From the NCBI GenBank assembly GCA_964016885.1, contig OZ024742.1:335544001-335608000 (forward strand): a DNA stretch of 64,000 nt. Direction: 5' to 3'. This document shows, one piece after another, positions 1 through 15,700 of the stretch. Below the pieces are notes generated by a model, which was not told the origin of the DNA, did no database searches, and worked only from the letters and a program-made list of their open reading frames with translations. Every line of letters begins with the position of its first letter. Positions within the stretch are counted from its first letter, which is position 1. This DNA comes from Eledone cirrhosa. Lineage: Eukaryota. The translations under genes were made by a program, and so were the position numbers.

Positions 1-588
1 ATATACACCGGGGTCCCTAAAAATGTATACACCATTCTAATATATATATTGCTTGTACAGGTAATCAAAGTGTGTATACATTTTTCGGGGACACAATATA
101 TATATATATATACCGTTGTCCCTAAAAATGTATACACCATTCTAATATATATATAGCCTGTACAGGTAATCAAAGTGTGTATACATTTTTCCAGGACACC
201 ATATATATATATATATACCGGTGTCCCTAAAATTGTATACATCATTCTAATATATATATTGCCTGTACAGGTAATCAAAGTGTGTATACATTTTTCAGGG
301 ACACCATATATATATATATCTATATATACCGGTGTCCTTAAAAATATATACACCATTCTACTATATATATTGCCTGTACAGGTAATCAAGTGTGTATACA
401 TTTTTCGGGGACACGATATATATATATATATATACCATATATATATACACCATATATATATACCATATATATATACACCATATATATATATATATATATA
501 TACCGGGGTCCCTAAAAATGTATACACCATTCTAATATATATATTGGCTGTACAGGTAATCAAAGAGTGTATACATTTTTCGGGGACA

Positions 589-670
<82 letters not shown>

Positions 671-784
671 TTATAAATGAAATATATATATATATACCGG
701 GGTCCCTAAAAATGTATACATCATTCTAATATATATATTGCCTGTACAGGTAATCAAAGTGTGTATACATTTTTCGGGGACACC

Positions 785-843
<59 letters not shown>

Positions 844-952
844 AATGAAATATATATATATAATTACCGGGGTCCCTAAAAATGTATACATCATTCTAAT
901 ATATATATTGCCTGTACAGGTAATCAAAGTGTGTATACATTTTTCGGGGACA

Positions 953-1000
<48 letters not shown>

Positions 1001-1937
1001 CGGGGTCCCTAAAAATGCATACACCATTGTAATATATATATTGACTGTACAGGTAATCAAAGTGTGTATACATTTTTAGGGGACACCATATATATATATA
1101 TATACCGGGGTCCCTGAAAATGTATACACCATTCTAATATATATATTGCCTGTACAGATAATCAAAGTGTGTATATATTTTTCGGGGACACCATATATAT
1201 ATATATATATATATACACCGGGGTCCCTAAAAATGTATACACCATTCTAATATATATATATTGCTTGTACAGGTAATCAAAGTGTGTATACATTTTTCGG
1301 GGACACCATATATATATATACCGGGGTCCGTAAAAATGTATACACCATTCTAATATATATATTGCTTGTACAGGTAATCAAAGTGTGTATACATTTCTCG
1401 GGGAAACCATATATATATATATATATACCGGGGTCCCTAAAAATGTATTCACCATTCTAATATATATATTGTGTGTACAGGTAATCAAAGTCTGTATACA
1501 TTTTTCGGGGACACCATATATATATATACCGGGGTCCCTAAAAATGTATACACCATTCTAATATATATATATATTGCCTGTACAGGTAATCAAAGTGTGT
1601 ATACATTTTTCGGGGACACCATATATATATATATATATACCAGGGTCCCTAAAAATGTATACACCATTCTAACATATATATTGCCTGTACAGGTAATCAA
1701 AGTGTGTATACATTTTTCCGGAACACCATATATATATATATACCGGTGTCCCTAAAAATGTATACACCTTTCTAATATATATATTGCCTGTACTGGTAAT
1801 CAAAGTGTGTATACATTTTTCGGGGACACCATATATATATATATGTATATACCGGGGTCCCTAAAAATGTATACACCATTCTAATATATATATTGCCTGT
1901 ACAGGTAATCAAAGTGTGTATACATTTTTCGGGGACA

Positions 1938-1976
<39 letters not shown>

Positions 1977-3225
1977 CCGGGTCCCTAAAAATGTATACAC
2001 CATTCTAATATAGATATTGCCTGTACAGGTAATCAAAGTGTGTATACATTTTTCGAGGACACCATATATATATATGTTTATATATATACCGGGGTCCCTA
2101 AAAATGTATACACCATTCTAATATATATATTGTTTATACAGGTAATCAAAGTGTGTATACATTTTTCGGGGACAACATATATATATATACACCGGGGTCC
2201 CTAAAAATGTATACACCATTCTAATTTATATATTGCTTGTACAGGTAATCAAAGTGTGTATACATTTATCGGGGACACCATATATATATATATATATATA
2301 TACCGCGGTCCCTAAAAATGTATACACCATTCTAATATATATATTGCCTGTACAGGTAATCAAAGTCTGTATACATTTTTCGGGGACACCATATATATAT
2401 ATACCGGGGTCCCTAATAATGTATACACCATTCTAATATATATATTGCTTATACAGGTAATCAAAGTGTGTATACATTTTTCGGGGACGCCATATATATA
2501 TATATACACCGGGGTCCCTAAAAATGTATACACCATTCTAATATATATATTGCTTGTACAGGTAATCAAAGTGTGTATACATTTTTCGGGGACACAATAT
2601 ATATATATATATACCGTTGTCCCTAAAAATGTATACACCATTCTAATATATATATTGCCTGTACAGGTAATCAAAGTGTGTATACATTTTTCCAGGACAC
2701 CATATATATATATATACCGGTGTCCCTAAAATTGTATACATCATTCTAATATATATATATTGCCTGTACAGGTTATCAAAGTGTGTATACATTTTTCGGG
2801 GACACCATATATATATATATATATATACCGGGGTCCCTAAAAATGTATACACCATTCTAATATATATATTGCCTGTACAGGTAATCAAGTGTGTATACAT
2901 TTTTCGGGGACACGATATATATATATATATATATACCATATATATATACACCATATATATATACCATATATATATACACCATATATATATATATATATAT
3001 ACCGGGGTCCCTAAAAATGTATACACCATTCTAATATATATATTGGCTGTACAGGTAATCAAAGTGTGTATACATTTTTCGGGGACACCATATATATATA
3101 TATATATATTTATTTATAAATGAAATATATATATATATACCGGGGTCCCTAAAAATGTATACATCATTCTAATATATATATTGCCTGTACAGGTAATCAA
3201 AGTGTGTATACATTTTTCGGGGACA

Positions 3226-3258
<33 letters not shown>

Positions 3259-4077
3259 GGGGTCCCTAAAAATGCATACACCATTCTAATATATATATTG
3301 ACTGTACAGGTAATCAAAGTGTGTATACATTTTTAGGGGACACCATATATATATATATATACCGGGGTCCCTGAAAATGTATACACCATTCTAATATATA
3401 TATTGCCTGTACAGATAATCAAAGTGTGTATATATTTTTCGGGGACACCATATATATATATACCGGGGTCCCTAAAAATGTATACACCATTCTAATATAT
3501 ATATTGCTTATTCAGGTAATCAAAGTGTGTATACATTTCTCGGGGACACCATATATATATATATATATATATATACCGGGGTCCCTAAAAATGTATTCAC
3601 CATTCTAATATATATATTGTGTGTACAGGTAATCAAAGTCTGTATACATTTTTCGGGGACACCATATATATATATACCGGGGTCCCTAAAAATGTATACA
3701 CCATTCTAATATATATATTGCCTGTACAGGTAATCAAAGTGTGTATACATTTTTCGGGGACACCATATATATATATATATATATACCAGGGTCCCTCAAA
3801 ATGTATACACCATTCTAATATATATATATATTGCCTGTACAGGTAATCAAAGTGTGTATACATTTTTCGGGGACACCATATATATATATATATACCAGGG
3901 TCCCTAAAAATGTATACACCATTCTAACATATATATTGCCTGTACAGGTAATCAAAGTGTGTATACATTTTTCGCGGACACCATATATATATACCAGGGT
4001 CCCTCAAAATGTATACACCATTCTAATGTATATATTGCCTGTACAGTTAATCAAAGTGTGTATACATTTTTCGGGGA

Positions 4078-4122
<45 letters not shown>

Positions 4123-4317
4123 GGGGTCCCTAAAAATGTATACACCATACTAATATATATATTGCTTGTACAGGTAATCAAAGTGTGTATACATTTTTCG
4201 GGGACACCATATATATATATATATGTATATACCGGGGTCCCTAAAAATGTATACACCATTCTAATATATATATTGCCTGTACAGGTAATCAAAGTGTGTA
4301 TACATTTTTCGGGGACA

Positions 4318-4358
<41 letters not shown>

Positions 4359-5632
4359 GGGTCCCTAAAAATGTATACACCATTCTAATATATATATTGC
4401 CTGTACAGGTAATCAAAGTGTGTATACATTTTTCGAGGACACCATATATATATGTTTATATATATACCGGGGTCCCTAATAATGTATACACCATTCTAAT
4501 ATATATATATTGCTTGTACAGGTAATCAAAGTGCGTATACATTTTTGGGGGACACCATATCTATATATTACGTGGTCCCTTAAAATGTATACACCATTCT
4601 AATATATATATTGCTTATACAGGTAATCAAAGTGTGTATACATTTTTCGGGGACAACATATATATATATATACACCGGGGTCCCTAAAAATGTATACACC
4701 ATTCTAATTTATATATTGCTTGTACAGGTAATCAAAGTGTGTATACATTTCTCGGGGACACCATATATATATATATATATATATATATACCGCGGTCCCT
4801 AAAAATGTATACACCATTCTAATATATATATTGCCTGTACAGGTAATCAAAGTCTGTATACATTTTTCGGGGACACCATATATATATATACCGGGGTCCC
4901 TAAAAATGTATACACCATTCTAATATATATATTGCTTATACAGGTAATCAAAGTGTGTATACATTTCTCGGGGACACCATATATATATATATATATATAT
5001 ACCGCGGTCCCTAAAAATGTATACACCATTCTAATATATATATTGCTTATACAGGTAATCAAAGTGTGTATACATTTTTCGGGGACAACATATATATATA
5101 TATATATATATATACACCGGGGTCCCTAAAAATGTATACACCATTCTAATATATATATATTGCTTGTACAGGTAATCAAAGTGTGTATACATTTCTCGGG
5201 GACACCATATATATATATATATACCGGGGTCCCTAAAAATGTATACACCATTCTAATATATATATTGTGTGTACAGGTAGTCAAAGTCTGTATACATTTT
5301 TCGGGGACACCATATATATATATATACCGGGGTCCCTAAAAATGTATACACCATTCTAATATATATATTGCCTGTACAGATAATCAAAGTGTGTATACAT
5401 TTTTCGGGGACACCATATATATATATATATATACCGGGGTCCCTAAAAATGTATACACCATTCTAATATATATATTGCCTGTACAGGTAATCAAAGTGTG
5501 TATACATTTTTCGGGGACACCATATATATATATATATATATATATACCGGGGTCCCTAAAAATGTATACACCATTCTAATATATATATTGCCTGTACAGG
5601 TAATCAAAGTGTGTATACATTTTTCGGGGACA

Positions 5633-5675
<43 letters not shown>

Positions 5676-6784
5676 CCGGGTCCCTAAAAATGTATACACC
5701 ATTCTAATATAGATATTGCCTGTACAGGTAATCAAAGTGTGTATACATTTTTCGAGGACACCATATATATATATGTTTATATATATACCGGGGTCCCTAA
5801 AAATGTATACACCATTCTAATATATATATTGTTTATACAGGTAATCAAAGTGTGTATACATTTTTCGGGGACAACATATATATATATACACCGGGGTCCC
5901 TAAAAATGTATACACCATTCTAATTTATATATTGCTTGTACAGGTAATCAAAGTGTGTATACATTTATCGGGGACACCATATATATATATATATATATAT
6001 ACCGCGGTCCCTAAAAATGTATACACCATTCTAATATATATATTGCCTGTACAGGTAATCAAAGTCTGTATACATTTTTCGGGGACACCATATATATATA
6101 TACCGGGGTCCCTAATAATGTATACACCATTCTAATATATATATTGCTTATACAGGTAATCAAAGTGTGTATACATTTTTCGGGGACGCCATATATATAT
6201 ATATACACCGGGGTCCCTAAAAATGTATACACCATTCTAATATATATATTGCTTGTACAGGTAATCAAAGTGTGTTTACATTTTTCGGGGACACAATATA
6301 TATATATATATACCGTTGTCCCTAAAAATGTATACACCATTCTAATATATATATTGCCTGTACAGGTAATCAAAGTGTGTATACATTTTTCCAGGACACC
6401 ATATATATATATATACCGGTGTCCCTAAAATTGTATACATCATTCTAATATATATATATTGCCTGTACAGGTTATCAAAGTGTGTATACATTTTTCGGGG
6501 ACACCATATATATATATATATATATACCGGGGTCCCTAAAAATGTATACACCATTCTAATATATATATTGCCTGTACAGGTAATCAAGTGTGTATACATT
6601 TTTCGGGGACACGATATATATATATATATATATACCATATATATATACACCATATATATATACCATATATATATACACCATATATATATATATATATACC
6701 GGGGTCCCTAAAAATGTATACACCATTCTAATATATATATTGGCTGTACAGGTAATCAAAGTGTGTATACATTTTTCGGGGACA

Positions 6785-6848
<64 letters not shown>

Positions 6849-6960
6849 TTATAAATGAAATATATATATATATACCGGGGTCCCTAAAAATGTATACATC
6901 ATTCTAATATATATATTGCCTGTACAGGTAATCAAAGTGTGTATACATTTTTCGGGGACA

Positions 6961-6996
<36 letters not shown>

Positions 6997-7816
6997 CGGG
7001 GTCCCTAAAAATGCATACACCATTCTAATATATATATTGACTGTACAGGTAATCAAAGTGTGTATACATTTTTAGGGGACACCATATATATATATATATA
7101 CCGGGGTCCCTGAAAATGTATACACCATTCTAATATATATATTGCCTGTACAGATAATCAAAGTGTGTATATATTTTTCGGGGACACCATATATATATAT
7201 ACCGGGGTCCCTAAAAATGTATACACCATTCTAATATATATATTGCTTGTACAGGTAATCAAAGTGTGTATACATTTCTCGGGGACACCATATATATATA
7301 TATATATATATATACCGGGGTCCCTAAAAATGTATTCACCATTCTAATATATATATTGTGTGTACAGGTAATCAAAGTCTGTATACATTTTTCGGGGACA
7401 CCATATATATATATACCGGGGTCCCTAAAAATGTATACACCATTCTAATATATATATTGCCTGTACAGGTAATCAAAGTGTGTATACATTTTTCGGGGAC
7501 ACCATATATATATATATATATATACCAGGGTCCCTCAAAATGTATACACCATTCTAATATATATATATATTGCCTGTACAGGTAATCAAAGTGTGTATAC
7601 ATTTTTCGGGGACACCATATATATATATATATACCAGGGTCCCTAAAAATGTATACACCATTCTAACATATATATTGCCTGTACAGGTAATCAAAGTGTG
7701 TATACATTTTTCGCGGACACCATATATATATACCAGGGTCCCTCAAAATGTATACACCATTCTAATGTATATATTGCCTGTACAGGTAATCAAAGTGTGT
7801 ATACATTTTTCGGGGA

Positions 7817-7865
<49 letters not shown>

Positions 7866-8060
7866 GGGGTCCCTAAAAATGTATACACCATACTAATATA
7901 TATATTGCTTGTACAGGTAATCAAAGTGTGTATACATTTTTCGGGGACACCATATATATATATATATGTATATACCGGGGTCCCTAAAAATGTATACACC
8001 ATTCTAATATATATATTGCCTGTACAGGTAATCAAAGTGTGTATACATTTTTCGGGGACA

Positions 8061-8101
<41 letters not shown>

Positions 8102-9382
8102 GGGTCCCTAAAAATGTATACACCATTCTAATATATATATTGCCTGTACAGGTAATCAAAGTGTGTATACATTTTTCGAGGACACCATATATATATGTTT
8201 ATATATATACCGGGGTCCCTAATAATGTATACACCATTCTAATATATATATATTGCTTGTACAGGTAATCAAAGTGCGTATACATTTTTGGGGGACACCA
8301 TATCTATATATTACGTGGTCCCTTAAAATGTATACACCATTCTAATATATATATTGCTTATACAGGTAATCAAAGTGTGTATACATTTTTCGGGGACAAC
8401 ATATATATATATATACACCGGGGTCCCTAAAAATGTATACACCATTCTAATTTATATATTGCTTGTACAGGTAATCAAAGTGTGTATACATTTCTCGGGG
8501 ACACCATATATATATATATATATATATATATACCGCGGTCCCTAAAAATGTATACACTATTCTAATATATATATTGCCTGTACAGGTAATCAAAGTCTGT
8601 ATACATTTTTCGGGGACACCATATATATATATACCGGGGTCCCTAAAAATGTATACACCATTCTAATATATATATTGCTTATACAGGTAATCAAAGTGTG
8701 TATACATTTCTCGGGGACACCATATATATATATATATATATATACCGCGGTCCCTAAAAATGTATACACCATTCTAATATATATATTGCTTATACAGGTA
8801 ATCAAAGTGTGTATACATTTTTCGGGGACAACATATATATATATATATATATATATACACCGGGGTCCCTAAAAATGTATACACCATTCTAATATATATA
8901 TATTGCTTGTACAGGTAATCAAAGTGTGTATACATTTCTCGGGGACACCATATATATATATATATACCGGGGTCCCTAAAAATGTATACACCATTCTAAT
9001 ATATATATTGTGTGTACAGGTAGTCAAAGTCTGTATACATTTTTCGGGGACACCATATATATATATATACCGGGGTCCCTAAAAATGTATACACCATTCT
9101 AATATATATATTGCCTGTACAGATAATCAAAGTGTGTATACATTTTTCGGGGACACCATATATATATATATATATACCGGGGTCCCTAAAAATGTATACA
9201 CCATTCTAATATATATATTGCCTGTACAGGTAATCAAAGTGTGTATACATTTTTCGGGGACACCATATATATATATATATATATATATACCGGGGTCCCT
9301 AAAAATGTATACACCATTCTAATATATATATTGCCTGTACAGGTAATCAAAGTGTGTATACATTTTTCGGGGACACCATATA

Positions 9383-9434
<52 letters not shown>

Positions 9435-9871
9435 AATGAAATATATATATATATACCGGGGTCCCTAAAAATGTATACGCCATTCTAATATATATATTGA
9501 CTGTACAGGTAATCAAAGTGTGTATACATTTTTAGGGGACACCATATATATATATATATACCGGGGTCCCTGAAAATGTATACACCATTCTAATATATAT
9601 ATTGCCTGTACAGATAATCAAAGTGTGTATATATTTTTCGGGAACACCATATATATATATACCGGTGTCCCTAAAAATGTATACACCATTCTAATATATA
9701 TATTGCCTGTACTGGTAATCAAAATGTGTATACATTTTTAGGGGACACCATATATATATATGTATATATGTATATACCGGGGTCCCTCAAATTGTATACA
9801 CCATTCATATATATATATGTATATATATAGATATAGATAGGTAAATATACACGGGTGTGTATGATTGTGTA

Positions 9872-10077
9872 TAGAAGATTATATTAATAAGAGGAATTCC
9901 AACTTTGTCTGATTAACTCGTTTTATGTACAATCCTTTAAAATATATATAATATGGTATTATAATGAAATAGTATGGTAGAATATTAAATTCTAAGTGTT
10001 AATTGAACAAGTACTTTCATGCTTTCGCAATCTTCAGGTTCATGATATGTGGTGACAGTCGAGTTTGCAATTTTCAA
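9872..10077 (-). mobile_element. Penelope-like pseudo-LTR fragment inserted in the satellite
   Basis: The reverse complement matches 24892-25083 (TTGAAAATTGCAAAC…AAGTTGGAATTC), the 3' end of the GIY-YIG element. Confidence 0.85.
10004..10042 (-). ncRNA. Minimal type I hammerhead ribozyme motif
   Basis: Minus strand reads UGAAC-CUGAAGA-U-UGC GAAA GCA-U-GAAA-GUAC-UU-GUUCA. Identical to 24927-24965. Confidence 0.7.
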
Positions 10078-10497
10078 TATGTATATACCGGGGTCCCTCA
10101 AAATGTATACACCATTCTAATATATATATTGCTAGGTACAGGTAATCAAAGTGTGTATACATTTTTCGGGGACACCATATATATATATGTATATATGTAT
10201 ATACCGGGGTCCCTCAAAATGTATACACCATTCTAATATATATATTGCCTGTACAGGTAATCAAAGTGTGTATACATTTTTCGGGGACACCATATATATA
10301 TATATATATACCGGTGTCCCTGAAAATGTATACACCATTCTAATATATATATTGCCTGTACAGGTAATCAAAGTGTGTATACATTTTTCGGGGACACCAT
10401 ATATATATATACCGGGGTCCCTAAAAATGTATACACCATTCTAATATATATATTGCTTGTACAGGTAATCAAAGTGTGTATACATTTTTCGGGGACA

Positions 10498-10561
<64 letters not shown>

Positions 10562-10856
10562 CGGGGTCCCTAAAAATGCATACACAATTCTAATATATAT
10601 ATTGCCTGTACTGGTAATCAAAGTGTGTATACAATTTTAGGGGACACCATATATATATATATATATATCCCGGGGTCCCTGAAAATGTATACACCATTCT
10701 AATATATATATTGCCTGTACAGGTAATAAAAGTGTGTATACATTTTTCGGGGACACCATATATATATATACCGGGGTCCCTAAAAATGTATACACCATTC
10801 TAATATATATATTGCTTGTACAGGTAATCAAAGTGTGTATACATTTTTCAGGGACA

Positions 10857-10929
<73 letters not shown>

Positions 10930-12505
10930 CCGAGGTCCCTAAAAATGTATACACCATTCTAATATATATATTGCCTGTACAGGTAATCAAAGTGTGTATA
11001 CATTTTGCTGGGACACCATATATATATATATACCGGGGTCCCTAAAAATGTATACACCATTCTAATATATATATTGCCTGTACAGGTAATCAAAATGTGT
11101 ATACATTTTTCAGGGACACCATATATATATATATATATATACCGGGGTCCCTAAAAATGTATACACCATTCTAATATATATATTGCCTGTACAGGTAATC
11201 AAAGTGTGTATACATTTTTCCAGGACACCATATATATCTATATATACCGGGGTCCCTAAAAATGTATACACCATTCTAATATATATATTGCCTGTACAGG
11301 TAATCAAAGTGTGTATACATTTTTCCAGGACACCATATATATATATATACCGGTGTCCCTAAAAATGTATACACCATTCTAATATATATATTGCCTGTAC
11401 AGGTAATCAAAGTGTGTATACATTTTTCTGGTATACCATATATATATATACCAGTGTCCCTAAAAATGTATACACCATTCTAATCTATATATTGCCTGTA
11501 CAGGTAATCAAAGTGTGTATACATTTTGCTGGGACACCATATATATATATACCGGGGTCCCTAAAAATGTATACACCATTCTAATATATATATTGGCTGT
11601 ACAGATAATCAAAGTGTGTATACATTTTGCTGGGACACCATATATATATATATACCGGGGTCCCTAAAAATGTATACACCATTCTAATATATATATTGCC
11701 TGTACAGGTAATCAAAGTGTGTATACATTTTTCAGGGACACCATATATATATATCTATATATATACCGGTGTCCCTAAAAATATATACACCATTCTAATA
11801 TATATATTGCCTGTACAGGTAATCAAAGTGTGTATACATTTTTCGGGGACACCATATATATATATATACCGGGGTCCCTAAAAATGTATACATCATTCTA
11901 ATATATATATTGCCTGTACAGGTAATCAACGTGTGTATACATTTTTCGGGGACACCATATATATATATATATATATATATACCGGGGTCCCTAAAAATGT
12001 ATACACCATTCTAATATATATATTGCCTGTACAGGTAATCAAAGTGTGTATACATTTTTCCAGGACACCATATATATCTATATATACCGGGGTCCCTAAA
12101 AATGTATACACCATTCTAATATATATATTGCCTGTACAGGTAATCAAAGTGTGTATACATTTTTCCAGGACACCATATATATCTAGATATACCGGGGTCC
12201 CTAAAAATGTATACACCATTCTAATCTATATATTGCCTGTACAGGTAATCAAAGTGTGTATACATTTTGCTGGGACTTCATATATATATATACCGGGGTC
12301 CCTAAAAATGTATACACCATTCTAACATATATATTGCCTGTACAGGTAATCAAAAAATGCAGAAACAAGGCCTTGTCGGCTTTATCTCCCCCTGTTTGCT
12401 GAGATTAAAGTAAGTGAGTCTGTCACTACTCTAAAACAATAGCATACGGTCTTCAAAATGCTTTTAATTAACCATAAAGTGTATTGCAAAATACACTATA
12501 TATAC

Positions 12506-12592
<87 letters not shown>

Positions 12593-12795
12593 CCATAAAG
12601 GTATAAAAAGAAGGGACAAATACAAAAGGGGAGTTTACATAAAACCGAGTAAAAAGGGTATAAAATGAAAATAATCAAAAACAACCTCAAAAGGGAGGGG
12701 ACGTGATGGGGGTTGCACACACCCCCGAAAAAGTGTGCAATCCTTTGCCCGGGGAGCACATCGAGAAGGTGCTCCTTTCTCCTTCACTTCTTTAC

Positions 12796-15700
12796 CTACA
12801 GGATGGTATACAGAGAAGGCCCATTTACACGAGCCATTCTCGCCACTATCACCCACCTTTCATAAAACTGCCTGTGGCCAAGCACCTCCCTCTCCATTCT
12901 TATCCTTCTTCCGAAGTGATATCGGAAGAAGTAGACCAGACTATGGCCAGAGAGAAAGTTGCCTGACCTCAGATCTTTCAATCGTGTCCACCAAACAATC
13001 TCTTTCTATATGGCTATTACGCACAGAAAAACCGCCTTTGCTTCCATTGTGAAAGGGGAGGCGGCTTGATTGTCATCACGGACTCGGCGGTCAATCGAAT
13101 CGGCGCCACCCGCGACAGCAGTCGTTCGGCGTAGCCCCACAGATCAGCCACGCCAGGACAGTGCACCAATGCGTGCGCAACGGTTTTTCGTGACGCACGC
13201 ATCTAGGGCAAATCTTTTTCGAGGGATCCCTGCCCGGGCGCCCGTGCCTGTAGAGCCTCTCTCGAACGGGTAGAGCCCCCCGGTAGCACTGCCAGGCCAG
13301 TGACTTCTGGAAGTTGTCCATTGGTCCCAGGCCGAAAGTCCTACCGAACAGGCTGGCCAGTTCGTCCTCTTCCATGTGCAGCGACTCTCCAAGGGTGTCA
13401 TCGCCCCTGCTAGCCACCAGCCCTCTATAGAATGACGAGGTAGATTCTCCACCGATGGCTGGGCCCGCTTGCCAGAGAGCCCTGAGCGCCTGGGCACACT
13501 CAGTGTGCCAGTCAACCAGTTTTCCGGATCTTTGCTTGACCCAGGACTGCAGCTCGGTGAGCGAGACGAGTCTCGGAAAGGCTCGTCTCACGAACGGAAC
13601 CCACACCGGTTGACCAGTGAGGAATACCTGTAGGTGCTGTAGCCTTAATACGTGCCTACGCATCATCAACCACGGCATCCCCAGCCCTCCTTTCGAAGGT
13701 TGTTGGCAGCAGATGGATCTTCTCACCATTGGAGGGTGCTTCTTCCAAAGAAATTGAAAGAGCATGCGTTCCATGGTGGTGAGTGTTTCCTTAGGGCAAG
13801 GCACGACAGTCAGGCGGTAGTAGGTGACGGACGCTATGTAAATGTTCGCCACCTCCGCCCGACCTTTCAGGGACAGCTTACACTTGGCCCATTTCTGGGT
13901 CAGTGCAAACACCTTGCTCGTAACCTCGCCCCAGTTCTTTTCCACCTGGAGGTCCGGTCCAAACCAGACCCCAAGCAACTTCACCGGGCCCTCCGTCCAG
14001 TGTCCGACGACAGCGTCGGGAGGCATCGGTCTGCCTCTCCACATTCCGAGTTGCAGCCCGATGAATTTTTACCGGTTCAGTTTCGCTCCTGACAACCTTT
14101 CGTATTCCTCCTGTAAGGTACCGATCGCCTCGATCTCCGAGTCGGTCGATACCATTACTGTTACGTCATCGGCGTAGGCCGACACCGCTTTGCTCAATCC
14201 TGGTTCCAGGGGGATACCCTGCAACAACTCCAACTTCCTCAGTAAAGGCTCGAGTGTCAATACGTACAGAAGGGGGGAGAGAGGGCACCCCTGTCGAATG
14301 GATCGTGTGATTTCGAACGGCTTCGAAAGGTAGCCGTTCACCTTGATCCTAGAACAGATGTGTTTGCTCTGTAAGGCAGTGATCCAGCCTCTGAAAACAG
14401 GACCGAACGCAGCCGCCGCTAGCACCGCATCCAGGTAACCATGGTCGACCCTATCGAACGCCTTAGACTGATCCAAGTTGATCAAGGCCCCACCGAAGCC
14501 GGGTTTGTTGCCAACCCTCTCTATGATGTATCGCATGAGGTGGAGGTTGTCGTGAATGGACCTGGATGGGATAGCACATGTCTGCGCATCTCCCACCAGG
14601 CTACCCACGACAAGCGCCAACCTCTTTGCTAACACCTTGGCCAAAATCTTTAACTCTGTGTTTAGCAGGGTTATGGGCCGAAAATTATTTATACTATCCC
14701 TCTTGTTCTCGTCCTTCCTCACCAGCCAGACTACGCCCTTGGCTACAGAACAAGGAATTCTCCCGTTCTGCTGCCAATTGCAGTAGACTGCTTCGAGGAG
14801 TTCGGAGAAGAAGACCGGCATTGCTAAATAAAGTTCGTAAGGTATACCATCGAGACCTGGAGATTTGCGTCTGCTGCATTGGCTCAGCGCATCCCCGATC
14901 TCATCAGCCGAGATTGGTCCCTCGCAGGAGTCTGCCTCTTCGCTCGAGAGACGCGGCAGGCCGTCGAGGTATGGACTGAAATCCACGTCCCCGCCCAGAC
15001 CCTCGCCTCCCCCGAACAATCGGGCAAAGTGCCTTTGAAAGGCCTAGCACATCTGCTTAGGCTCCCGGATCACCCGTCCACCCTCGTCTTGCAAAGACCG
15101 GATGGTGGATCGATTTCCACTCTTAGCTTCTGTCACGCGGGCCCAGCCAACGGCTTTGGCCCCCTCATTACCTAGAGCACGTATTTTACTTCGAATGACG
15201 CAGCCTTCGTGCTTTGCATCGAAAAACTGGCTCAATGCCGTCCTCGATGCTAGCACTCTGGCCACATCTTCGCTCTTGATTGCCTCTTCTAATTTACCTG
15301 TTAATTCTTTCTCGTTCCTATTCCTATCGGCAGCTAACATCTTGCTATAACTTATTGATTCTGTTCTAATCTCTCTTTCGAGGGATGCCCACCATCGGTT
15401 GTTGACGATTGCACCCGTCAACCTCTCCTTAACTAATCTGCTAATCCGGTCTCTGTAAGCCTCTTTTGCCGGTAAAGACAAATTAAGTTTCCAGTAACCG
15501 GGACCCTGTCTATGTGTTCTCTCGAGGTTGACTACGCAGGTCACTAATTTGTGATCTGTATAGCCAACCGTGAGCATTTCTGGACAGCTTAATATGTCCC
15601 TATCCTTACTTATAACTAAGAATCTATCTAAGTACGATCTAGATTGACCACTGTGGTTCGTCCAAGTCCAGGTTGGCACAGTTGGAAAATCTAGTCGATA

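Larger units (their letters stand above)
1..12352. repeat. Satellite array of an 88-bp MITE-like hairpin unit plus variable (TA)n spacer (roughly 110 copies; continues beyond window start)
   Basis: Repeated unit CCGGGGTCCCTAAAAATGTATACAC-CATTCTAATATATATATTGCCTGTACAGGTAATCAAAGT-GTGTATACATTTTTCGGGGACACC, each followed by (AT)n. The unit ends are imperfect inverted repeats. All ORFs here are YIYI/GVPKNVY repeat artefacts. Confidence 0.95.

Noticed and set aside
1-12352. CRISPR-like repeat/spacer array or repetitive protein gene
   Set aside because: The spacers are only (TA)n, there are no cas genes and the context is eukaryotic. ORFs occur in all frames on both strands, as expected of a repeat.
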